64,000 nucleotides of DNA from contig NC_043000.1 in assembly GCF_006345805.1 (NCBI RefSeq), forward strand, positions 24,428,001 to 24,492,000, read 5' to 3'. The notes beneath the pieces were generated by a model. The model had not been told where the DNA came from. It saw only the letters and a list, made by a program, of their open reading frames with translations, and made no database searches. This document shows positions 12,253 to 23,861 of this stretch, one piece after another. A program made the position numbers and the translations under genes. Position 1 is the first letter of the stretch. Every line of letters starts with the position of its first letter. Origin of the DNA: Octopus sinensis. Taxonomy: Eukaryota.

Positions 12253-12681
12253 TGTATGACAGGCTTCTATACAGTTTCCATTTGCCATTTACTAAGCTTT
12301 GGTTCGACTCAAGGCTATTGTAAAAAACTTTTGCTGAAGATTCTACAGTGGGACTGAACCTAGTGTCTCATGATTTTGAAGTGAACTTCTGAACCACCTA
12401 ACCATGCTTTGATCATTATATGTACTACAATAAACTACAATAAACATATGTCACTAATTAGATTTATTTACACTGATCATTATTTATAAATAAATGTATT
12501 TTAGTATTCATAATTAAACAGCTGCAAGCCTGACAGATTTTTTTTTACTTTTGAGTTTAATTATGTATTTTTTTCTCTCTCTTTTTTTTTTTTCTTTGTC
12601 AGTTTTTACTAAATTCCTTCCATATTAAAATTACCAACAAATTTCAGGATTAGTATACTGATTGAACATTTGTTTTAATAG

Positions 12682-12764
12682 TGCTTTGCTGCTTTTCCTA
12701 CAACTAACTTCTCAATTGTGAAGAAGTGGAACCTAGAGTCAGCCGAGAAGACAGAGGCAGATAG
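12682..12764 (+). CDS. Candidate internal exon of gene 1 (CFAAFPTTNFSIVKKWNLESAEKTEAD-R)
   Basis: Acceptor TTTGTTTTAATAG, donor AG|GTATGT, 83 nt, phase 0 to 2, joins the next exon in frame as AGA (Arg). Confidence 0.55.
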
Positions 12765-12864
12765 GTATGTGCTTTGTTCAAGAGTACAATACAATGGCTG
12801 TAATAAAATTTTAACCTGTTTAGTCAGTTGTCCAGCACTTTTACAATAACTAGTCTTTATAATA

Positions 12865-13145
12865 TTTCGTTTTTGGATTTGGTTTGCAAGATTTTTTATA
12901 TAATTCCATGTGTTAAAGCATATTCTGTTGTGTCTGGGGAGAGTCATTTTCTTTTTGTGTCTTATAATTTAACACACTCACCGGTAAAATTTTGATCAAA
13001 AATAGAGAGTCAAGACTATTGAAAATGTTGCAAGATGTAGCGAAAATTTTAAGAAAATATAAATAAGAAATAAGTGGAAATTTTACCGGTGAGTATGTTA
13101 AATTATAAGGCACAAAAAGAAACTGACTCTCCCCAGACACAACAG
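12865..13145. mobile_element. 280-bp element with 68-bp internal inverted repeats (Penelope-like architecture), copy 1
   Basis: IRs 12925-12992 and 13078-13145; TAGTCTTTAT at 12851-12860 and 13148-13157. Confidence 0.8.
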
Positions 13146-14096
13146 AATAGTCTTTATTACTGTGTCTGAAAATAAACTATTGGACATGCAGAATAATAAT
13201 GATGATGATGATGATGATAATAATAATAATAATAATAATAATGATAAATACAGGAAAACCTATTTTGCTGAAGCCAATCAAATGATGATGATGACGATGA
13301 TTATGATGTTGTTGTTGATATAGATAAAGTTGACGATGATGATAATTCCAGTCAATCTATAAACCGTCAGTTTTTCTTCAGTCAATATCTCTATGCACCT
13401 GTACGTTTTGTACTTTCTATAACGATTTCAGACAGAAATACAGTTTAAGACGAAATTAATGATAAAATAAAATAGCATTTCCTCCATTTAATTTTTCCCC
13501 TCATTGATGTTTTCATAGAAATTTACTAAAAATTCTATTTCATATTCCTCACACAACTTCCAGTACTGTAGAAGACGAAGCACTGAAAACAAGCTGATAT
13601 AATGACACCTATACTAAGAATATATACAATCAATAGATATGATAAAATGTAAACAAAAAAAAACTGTCAAAAATTTTTTATTGTTATTTGTTTTTCTTCT
13701 CAATATGTGTATTCTAGCATATATACCTTCATATGTTATGCTCTGCTAACGCCTATGTATACGTGTGCCTTTCTGTGTTAAGCTGTAAAAATATAAGTGT
13801 TGTGCTATGAATATATGTATAAGTGTATGTGCATTACTTTGTGGGGTGTTGGGAAAATATGGAGAAGAATAAATGATTGACTACATGTATGTGTCTATGT
13901 GTGTGATTAAGTGTATGCATGCTTGTATTTCTCCATTATTGATTTTTTTTCTCTCTCTCAACACACATACATCATCATCACTATTGTTCTAATGTCCACT
14001 TTTCCACACTTGCATGGGATGGAATTTGATGAGGTGGATTTTCTGCAGCTGGGTGCCCTTCCTGTTGCCAACCCTCACCTGTTTCCAAACCAAATT

Positions 14097-14222
14097 ATAT
14101 AGATGATTTCGATCTAGTTTGGATTCTTTGCCATCAAATTTGAATTCTTTGCAAACAAATTTGATGGCAAAGAATTCAAATTTGATAGCAAAGAATCCAA
14201 ACTAGATCGAAAACATCTATAT
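14097..14222. repeat. 126-bp foldback element
   Basis: 56-bp arms, 54/56 complementary, 14-nt spacer. Confidence 0.9.
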
Positions 14223-14319
14223 TTCCCCATGGCCAGGCATGGTTTCAATCATTCTGATGCCTTATCACACTCATACTACCTCTTCTTTTCCCTCTTTTGG
14301 TCATCACACTCTTCAGGCA

Positions 14320-14730
14320 ACTGACTTTGGTAAACACCCACAAAATTATTAACCATCGTGCCAACAACAATCATGACCACATTTTTTGAAATCCATGTAT
14401 CTAACACATGTGGGCATGCCTACAAAGTCAGAAAACAGCACAGTTCTCATGATTTTTGGAGACATTTTTGCACACTCAGAGTTACTGAAGTATGGAACAA
14501 ACTACCTGCATCAGTTGTTAGTTGCAAAGACATAGCATCCTTTAAAACTTCAACGCTTCCTGAAATTCGCCAACATTACACCTGATATCCCCACCTCCCA
14601 CACATGTATATCATGACTCATACACTGTTTCCTGACTTTTGTACATAATTCTTTATACTATACATGCACCTTTGATAAGTTGTAATGCACTGGAGCACTA
14701 CACACAATAATTTCATTCTTATTATTTTTA
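14320..14730 (+). mobile_element. CR1-like LINE 3' fragment
   Basis: ORF 14358-14585 contains TCGHAYKVRK..RVTEVWNKLPASVV..FK, matching the CR1/L2-group ORF2 end, followed by an AT-rich tail. Confidence 0.85.
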
Positions 14731-15132
14731 TTTTTATTTGCACACAAATGTTAACATTTACCTTGAAAGAACAGAGACAATGTAGAATAGAGAGGATTCT
14801 TCAGTTTGGCAGGGAGACAAGCAACCTATCTCGGGTTGGTGTTCTGATAAAATGCACCCAGTAATATTATTGATAAATGAATAGAGACAGTGTAAGCTAG
14901 ACAAGGCTCGTAGTCTTGCCAGGTGCACGACAACCACTTGGGTCATGGTGCCATTGGTAAAATACATCCAGTGGTTGGTGTTAGCAAAGACATCCAGCCA
15001 TAGAAACTTACTATTCTAGGAGAGTAAAAATCCTGAATAAGAACTGATTCAAATTATGACAAACTATCCAACCCATGCCAGTACAGAAAATCATATTGAT
15101 GGTGAAATCAAATTGATTATGAAGATGATTTG

Positions 15133-15163
<31 letters not shown>

Positions 15164-15180
15164 TACATATATAGGGGATA

Positions 15181-15385
15181 AACATAGGGGCGACAAACAA
15201 GGATAGACAAAGGGATTAAGTCAATTACACCGACCCCAGTGCGAAACTGATACTTTATTTATCGACCCCGAAAGGATGAAAGGCAAAGTCGACCTCGGCG
15301 GAATTTGAACTCAGAATGTAACGGCAGATGAAATACGGCTACGCATTTCACCCGGCTGGCTAACGTTTCTGCCAGCTCGCCACCT
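15181..15385 (-). mobile_element. SINE family B
   Basis: High similarity to other copies. Confidence 0.9.
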
Positions 15386-16135
15386 TACACATATATATAT
15401 ACATACGCACACAAGTGAGTGGACAAATGAAAGAAGATGGCACTCAATACATTTAGTAGGAGTTACTGAATTGGTTATCTGAACCTGAAAGCATCAAATG
15501 TTTGCCAGAAGCCTGTAAAACTTTAAGATGCATGGAACCGAATATATATAAAAAAAAATAATAATAATATATATTAAATAGGTTGATAGTTACAAAAGTA
15601 ACTCTTGGAGCTTGAGAGAGAGAGAGAGAGTTTCCAAGCTTATTATAAAGAAAAGACTTATAAGTTGAGCTGCACTACAGTTTTGTTGAGATCAAGTCAG
15701 TCAATGCAATCGACGTAAATGTTAACTGATCAATGACCAGTGATGCTGAATAATATTTATCTAAAAAAATACAGCACAAATAGTATTTCATATATATATT
15801 ATACATACACACACACACACACACATATGTATACACTGAGATATAGAGAAAGAGAGGTGTTAACACAAATATACAAATAAGATACATAAGGAAATTTGTG
15901 AATTATTATTATTATTTATAGGGTAATATTTATTGCATGTGTTCACTGCACTGCCGAGTGCAGCTCTCTGATGTCTGGCTATGTGCAGTATTTTGTTTTG
16001 ATTTTCTATTCCCATTATATTAACGGTATTATTCTAAGAAATATGCGTGCGGAACCTGGCGGTTCTATTTTCTCTGTGTTGTGCATATTTTCCAAGCCCT
16101 GAGGTCTTGGTTAGGTATTTTTCTGCATGTTTCTA

Positions 16136-16168
<33 letters not shown>

Positions 16169-16262
16169 TATGAATTTATTTGAGAAAGATTATATAAAAT
16201 TACATTAATTTCCCACTTCCATTGTGCTTTTATGCTGAGTAATTTTTTTATTGAAATTACTA

Positions 16263-16299
<37 letters not shown>

Positions 16300-16799
16300 A
16301 AGGCAGAAACTTCAAAGTTACTGTCATACATCTTCATGTAAAAGTTTAAAAAGTCTACTTTATGAAAAAAAAAAAAAAGAAATATTGTGCAATTCTTCAC
16401 TTTAATGTTAAATTTTTATTAAAACTTGACATAAAACCAATGTGTAAGTGTGTGTAAGTTTGGTTTTTTTTTTTCGACTTTTCTTCAAATATTCTCTTGA
16501 CCAATATTTTTAAAGGTGAAAAATGCAACAACAACAAAAATCCGTTGACAACATCCTGTGTTCATGGCATTTGAACTTTAAAGAAAGGAGATGGTATATA
16601 AGTCATATTTGGAGTTGCCAGGTAAGACAGACATAGAGTGTACTGTCTGTGGTATCTTAGTATATCTGGAGTAAGGTTTACAAAACAATAGCACAGGAAG
16701 TAGATAAAAAAGGGGAAAAAAATAACAAAATGAGAACAAGAAGAAAATAGGGAGACAAAACAATAGAGAAGATAATAGATAGTGTAAGAAAGGCACGAA

Positions 16800-16832
<33 letters not shown>

Positions 16833-17384
16833 GAGGGAGAGTTTGACAGTTGAATAAGAGGAAGGAAGACAATGCAATAATGGAAAGGGAGGAAATATAT
16901 GGAGACAGACAGGGCAAGGAGTGGTTGGTAGGCAGTGGTGACTGTGTGGTTGGGGTTGAAGTATAGAGTTCCTCCTTAGTTCTTTAGTGTCAGCACAACT
17001 ATGGAAATTAGCCAACTAGGATGTGTCTATGACTAGCTAAAAGGAGTGGTGTAGTAGTGTGTGGGCGTCGGTGGGATGGTGGCATGGCCAGTCTGAGTAG
17101 TGCAGAAATAGTGTGAAAGTGATGCAGCAGTATGGCACAGTGTAGGAAGATGGTATGGTGTTGTAGGGTGAAGTGCTGTAGCATGGTGTAATGATGGTGT
17201 GACATAGTAGCTGGATGGAGTGGTGTAGTGAAAAATAGCCACATAGTAAGACAGAGGGAATGTAGCAGAGCAATTGGAGAAATTAATTGGAATGGTAAAA
17301 AATAAAAAAATAATAATAAAAGGGCAAAATCTGACAGAATTTGTTTTTTATGGGTGAATATTCGGCATGGGATCTGAACTCATA

Positions 17385-17607
17385 CCTATTTTTTTTATTA
17401 CCCACAAGGGGCTAAACACAGAGGGGACAAACAAGGACAGACATAGGTATTAAGTCGATTACATCGACCCCAGTACGTAACTGGTACTTAATTTATTGAC
17501 ACCGAAAGGATGAAAGGCAAAGTCGACCTCGGCAGAATTTGAACTCACAACGTAACGGCAGACGAAATACCGCTAAGCATTTCGCCCAGCGTGCTAATGT
17601 TTCTACC
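17385..17607 (-). mobile_element. SINE family B
   Basis: High similarity to other copies. Confidence 0.9.
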
Positions 17608-18711
17608 TTCTGGGTTCACATCCCATGTCTAACCTTTAACTTTTTCTGTCCAAAAGGCTTGATATTTACATGATACTATTTGTAGCCTTATCTACTTTGA
17701 GCTCATCTGTTAAAAACAAATTATTTCATGTCTTTCTAAGTTTCTAAATTTGTAGACTGTAAACAAGACAAAATGTGTTTTTCTAGTGAGATGCCTTCTT
17801 TTATTTATTATTCACAGATATCTCCCTCCCATGCCACACCATTAATAGGGAATACTCCTCCCTCCCAACTCACAGCATAGAGAAGAATCTGGAGCCAAAT
17901 AACAACATAACTTTGGACAAGGCCAACCAATGAGAAAACTTGTATATGGCTGGTTGCTATCCCTGTAGAAATAGCAGTCAAGTATTTCTCAAATCTCACC
18001 CTGTTTTCTTTAAAAAAGAATAAACATATTCAACGATTATTGAAAAGGTTGCAAGAAGTAATGAAAATTTTACAAAAAATAAATAAAGGAGTAGAAATCA
18101 AACTGGTGAGTGTGTTAATTAATAAGGCATTAAAACAGAATGACTCCCCAGACAATAAAACATTTTTCATTGTCATAGTTAAACTGTCTGAAAAGACAGG
18201 ATGGTCATGGTTAGAATGCTTTTGTCTGTGACCTCAGGACTGGCTTAAAATTATGGACATAAGGGGGCGGGTAGTATTTCACTTTAGAAGAGAGTTAATG
18301 TTAAAAGCAGTGTAATATTGTAAAGTTTTACTGTTATGTAGACTTCATGGGCTTTTCTATTGTAAACAAACTTCCTTCTATGACTAATGCACAAGTAAAA
18401 AAGGAAGAATTTGTAGATTCTAGTATACATGTGGTGGAAGTAAATTATAAATATTATGGTTTTATTATTGTTGTTAAAGGAAGAAAATAACATTTAGTGA
18501 TATTCATGCCTTTCCTGGGAATATAATTAATAATGGCATAGAAATGCAAATAACTAAGAATCTGAACTGCAAAAATGTGAAATTTATGTCAGAGAGAGAG
18601 AATGGAATGGAATTTTGTAGTGTTCATGCGTTTTTGTAAGGATATTTAGAGGTATAGATAATAAGATATCATAGCTCAGGCCTAAAACCAGGTCAAAAAA
18701 ATACTACTGAT

Positions 18712-18750
18712 GATGATGATAACAGCAATAACAACACTGCTGCAGCTGAT

Positions 18751-18821
<71 letters not shown>

Positions 18822-19045
18822 GTAGTAGTAGTAGTAACAGTAATAATAATAATAATAATATAATAATAATAATAATAATAACAGTAATAATATAATAACA
18901 GTAATAATAATAATATAATAATAACAGTAATAATAATAATAACAGTAATAATAATATAATAATAATAATAATATAATAATAACAGTAATAATAATAACTA
19001 ATAATAATAATAATAATAATAATGATAATAATAATGATAATAAGG
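18712..19045. repeat. Compound trinucleotide microsatellite (GAT/TAC/AAT/AGT)
   Basis: Directly visible. Confidence 0.95.
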
Positions 19046-19119
19046 TATTTCTCATAAGAGGGAAATTGCATTAGAACAAGACAAAACAATATAAGTATAC
19101 AAGTAAATAGAGAAGAGAG

Positions 19120-19490
19120 ATATATGACACATTCACGCATGAGTATACAGACATACAAACACAAACATTACATACATGAACAGACATACACAGACACACA
19201 CATAAATATATGTATGTGAACATGCACACAGAACACACAAAAATATGCACACATGAACAAACTCACAAACATGTACATGTGAACACAGACACACACAAAT
19301 AAGCACATTTGAGCACACACATACATACACATACAAATGCAAAACAAACATGTATACATGGACAGAAAAATACACACAGACACACACAAATATGTACACT
19401 TTGATATATATACAAAAACATGCACACGCGTGCATGCATTAACACACAGACACACACACAAACATGCACACTTGAACACAGACACAAAGA
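19120..19490. repeat. Degenerate (CA/TA)-rich low-complexity tract
   Basis: Directly visible. Confidence 0.9.
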
Positions 19491-19774
19491 ATTTGTCGGA
19501 GGAGAAGAACATGGAACAAACAACGTGGCATTAATGTATGTTTGGAATTTCAGTGCTACCAGCTGTAGCTGGGATGTGAGAGTAAATAATGACCCTGGCA
19601 GGGGAGGAGATGGGGGTCTTACTGCCAGGGAGGACATGGCGTGGTGCCAGGTCGCAGATTTAAAAAAAAGGGAATTGGAAATGAGATTGTGTAACATTAT
19701 GCCTAGAATGGAAATAATAATTGTTTCTGATATAGGCACAAGGCCTGGAATTTGGGACTGGGGGCTAGTCAATT

Positions 19775-20225
19775 AGATTGACCTCAGTACGTGACTGGTA
19801 CTTTATCAATCCCGAAAGGATGACAGGCAAAGTTGATGTTGGTAGAATTTGAATTTAGGATGTGAAAAACCAGAAGGAATTCAGCTAAACATTTTGCCTG
19901 ATTTCGTTTTTGGATTTGGTTTGCAAGATTCTTTATGTGAGTTCATGTGTTGAAGCATATTCTGTTGTGTCTGGGGAGAGTCATTTTCTTTTTGTGCCTT
20001 ATAATTTAAGACACTCACCGGTAAAATTTTGATCAAAAATAGAGAGTCAAGACTATTGAAAAGGTTGCAAGATGCAATGAAAATTTTAGGAAAATAAAAA
20101 TAAGAAATAAGTGGAAATTTTACCGGTGAGTGTGTTAAATTATAAGGCACAAAAAGAAAATGACTCTCCCCAGACACAACAGATTTTGCTTGATGTCTTA
20201 ACAATTCTGTCAACTCACCAACTAA
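19775..20225 (-). mobile_element. SINE family B, split by the 280-bp inverted-repeat element; more diverged copies at 20290-20670
   Basis: SINE B sequence resumes after 20182. Confidence 0.7.
19902..20182. mobile_element. 280-bp element, copy 2
   Basis: IRs 19962-20029 and 20115-20182; TSD ATTTTGCYTGAT. Confidence 0.8.
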
Positions 20226-21098
20226 CCTCTAAGCCTCTTTGGACTGGAAGCAATAAAGAAAAAAATTTTGAAAGTAGGGGTTAATGGAACCCAGTACTAG
20301 CAATATATTTTAATTTATTGTCCTCGGAGGGATGAATAACAAAGATGACCTTGGTAGAATTTGAACCCAGAATTTACTTAAAGAGCAAGAAGAAATATTG
20401 TAAGGCATTCTGTCCAATGTTTTAACAGTGCTGCTAATCCACCACCCTTATAAGGATAAAGATAATGATTTCTAATTTAGGCACAAGTCTGAACAACTTT
20501 GAGGGGAGGGGTCAGTTGATACCATCAACACCAGTATAGTGGTACTTAATTTTATTTTATCAACCCTAGAGGGATGAAAGGCAAAGTTAACCTTGGTGGG
20601 ATTTGAGGTCAGAACATAAACACCACAAGGCTTTTTGTCCAATGCCCTTATGATTCTGTCAATCCATTTTGCCCAAGAGAAAAAAACAATGGCTGTAATT
20701 CATTGTTGAGTGGTTGGTATTAGGAAGGGCATACAGCTGTTAAAATCTTGCCAAAACAGTCACAGAAGTCTGGTGCAGGCTTTGGCCTGACCAACTTTTG
20801 TGGTACCGTCCCACCCATACTAGCATGGAACACGGACGTTAAATGATGATGATGATGTAATATATGTGGTAAAGTCTCACATATGTTGTATATTAAGTAG
20901 AAAAACTTTGATCAGCTTATCTATCAAAACCATTAGTAGACAAAAACTCCCTCTGTGGGTGTTCAAAATCTAAAGAAAAAAGCAAAAAAAAAAAAAGCAA
21001 TGGCGATAACCCCGATCAGATCAGTTGATCAAAACTTTTGGACATTGCAGACAAGGTAGATTGAAGTAGACCTGGTCCTTAAAACAAAGTGGGGAAAA

Positions 21099-21139
21099 CA
21101 ACAGACATGTTTCGGTCTTATTAAACTTCCTCAGTGGTG
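21099..21139 (-). ncRNA. Decayed minimal hammerhead motif
   Basis: CACCA-CTGAGGA-AGTTTAATAAGACC-GAAA-CATG-TC-TGTTG. Confidence 0.4.
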
Positions 21140-22827
21140 CATGTTCTACTCAGTTGACAGGATTTAAGAGTGATTAATATACATGGCTTCTTTGTTTAAA
21201 CATACAACCAATTTAACCAGGGAGAAGAGTTTCTAAGTGAATCAATGTCATGAAGACTCAAGAGTATTAACGATTGTGAATTAGTGTGTCAGAAGAAAAA
21301 GCAAGTACTAGGTGGTTAATTATAATTACTAATTATAATTACTAAAGAAATAAATAACCGGCATCCAAAGCATAACTGGCTGTTATTTATTGATTCTGAA
21401 GAGATAACAGTCAAGGCTGATAATGGAAAAGTTTGAAAACAGAAATGTGAGTCGCTGAATAAATATACTGCGAAGAATATGGTTCGGTGTTTTAGGGTTT
21501 GTTACTTCTCACATATTTATAATAATGATTTCTAATAATAAAATCTAATAAAAATAATAGTGGTTCCCAACTTTTGGCATTTGGCCAATGATAATAATAA
21601 ATGATTTCTAAACATAAGGGGATGATGTAGAACTGAGGAATGATAATAAAATAATAGTTTTAAGTAGCAATAACCACACCTTGGATATGATCTTCAGTTT
21701 TGCCGCTCTCAGTAAAATAATATCAATAATGGTAAACACATAGATATAGTATACGGCATATGGTAGCAGCCACCTCACCGGCATTTATAGAGAGGGGAAT
21801 AGGTGACAATTAATAAATAAGGTGTTATACTGCAATCATTAAAAAGAGGGAAGAAATCAAATACCCTCCCCCATACAAGATTGGTACTTTTATCATGTTT
21901 TTGTTTAGCACCAGATCAATTTTGATCAGAATTATGATCAAAGGGATTCCAGCCATGACCATTTCATCATTGGCAGAGTTTTGGAATAGCTATTACTTAC
22001 CTCAAGAGGAAGGGAAAGGGCAAGGAAGTGGGGTTTCTTTTTCCTCTTTACATTTTTAGTATCCCTGTATTTCATACAAGAGGGATTACAATTTACAAAG
22101 AAATGGGGTCCCCCACCCCGCCAAAAAAAAAAGTTTGATTTCTTACACTTTTGTCCCCAATTTCATGCCCTTGGCCTTTCCCCGTGAAATATTTGTCACT
22201 ATTCTGAAACTCCACCTCATCTTTCTCCTATGTACAAGGCACTCAACACCACCTTTATATTATTGGGTGAATTCTTTTTTAAGAAATAATTTGAGGAAGA
22301 TTTGGCTGTTATTTCTAGCAGGCTGAGTGACTATACAGAAGCTCCCCTGTTGAGGTGTGTGTGAGAGGCAAAAACTGACCCAAGGAGGATTTGGACTCAC
22401 AACACAGAGTGGCAAAATTCAATCTTGTAAGGTATTTAATCTGCTGAACAAAAGATAAACAATATTGACTTTTTCCTTCTGCATCTAGAAGAGACGATCA
22501 GATGTCTTGGATTAACCAGGACAGACATAACAATGTAGAACTTTGAATTCTATCCACAAACACTGCAGAGATTATGACCAAATCTCACAAGACTAGTGAT
22601 GTTTCCTCACTCATTTATTTTTAATTAAAAAAAAAACAAAAGATAAAACCCATTAGCAAAACAACATAAGTTATTTCCCAGATGTTGTCATTCTTGGAGT
22701 GGCACTCCCAATGTTTTGACTGAAGGGGCCAGAATTAGAATAAAGTTATTGGAAGTGTTGTTGTTTAGAAACTGAACATTACATATATAACTTGTCATAA
22801 AAACAAATTATAACTTATTAAACCCCA

Positions 22828-22863
<36 letters not shown>

Positions 22864-23433
22864 AACTGAACATAAGCTTTATCTGGACAACAACAAACTG
22901 ACCAGACTGCCAAAATCATAGTCTCTGCTGAGGATAGTAAAGAGATTACGATGTGATTTAATTGTAGTAATAATAACAAGATTGAAAACTAACAAGAAAA
23001 AATGCCCAATGAATTATTAACAATTCTAAGTTTTGATAACCCTGGATTTCTTTGTATGAAAGGAGTCAGTAAAAAAGAATATTAATTTATTCCAGTAGTG
23101 AATGTATAGAATCGCCTCTTCATAGGATAAGAAATGTGATTAAAGTTATGCTAGGATTATAATTTAAGCACAAAGGTAGATGTTAATATTTGTTTCATTT
23201 AAGAAATCTTTAAAGTTTTGTGTTATCAAAAATATTAATTTAAACACACCCACATATACATGTACCTTCTTGTACACACACAATAATTAAATCTCATGCA
23301 AAGCTAAACAGTTTTGTGTATATCAGTGTATGTTATTTTGAAATGAGTACTTTGAAATATCTAAATTTCCGAAGATCTCAATAGGAAAACAATTGAAGTC
23401 TTTAGTTCTAAAAGCACTGAGAGAGAGAAAGAT

Positions 23434-23478
<45 letters not shown>

Positions 23479-23767
23479 AGCTTCTGTGGACTGTAAATAT
23501 TCAGTTGTCAATTTAAAATCTGTGATGGAAGCGGTAAATCACAGAATATTGTGAGAAAGTTGTCCAGTTAAAACTTGTCTCCAACAATTAGAATTTCAAA
23601 AAAGATCATTAAGAAACACCTGCAATTAACTAATTAATTATATGAAAATATAGTAACAAAACAACAAAACTTGATACAAAGAAAAAAACAAAATATACAC
23701 ATAAATATTATATATGCATGTGTATATATATATGTGTGTATATATATTACCTTCACATTGTATGTAG

Positions 23768-23861
23768 ACTGTTTGACATTTACAATCCTGGCAAGAATCC
23801 GGATGGCTATTGCATCCAGGTAAAGGTGGAGGGGATGGTGAAGGGCTGGGTGTGGTCACAG
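23768..23861 (+). CDS. Candidate internal exon of gene 1 (LFDIYNPGKNPDGYCIQVKVEGMVKGWVWSQ)
   Basis: Acceptor AG at 23766-23767, phase 2 to 0; in-frame donors CAG|GTAAAG (23820) and CAG|GTAGAA (23862); GC-richer than flanks. Confidence 0.55.

Noticed and set aside
13535-13610. Minus-strand exon candidate GVIISACFQCFVFYSTGSCVRNMK*
   Set aside because: No independent support or linkage to other exons
18682-19512. Poly-L/I/Y and CV-rich ORFs
   Set aside because: Microsatellite translations; the same applies to 33420-34888, 46065-46753 and 49020-49295
19420-19776. 118-aa plus-strand ORF with a 9-bp CCCTGGCAG inverted repeat
   Set aside because: Starts in a CA tract and ends in SINE B; no recognisable motif or good splice sites
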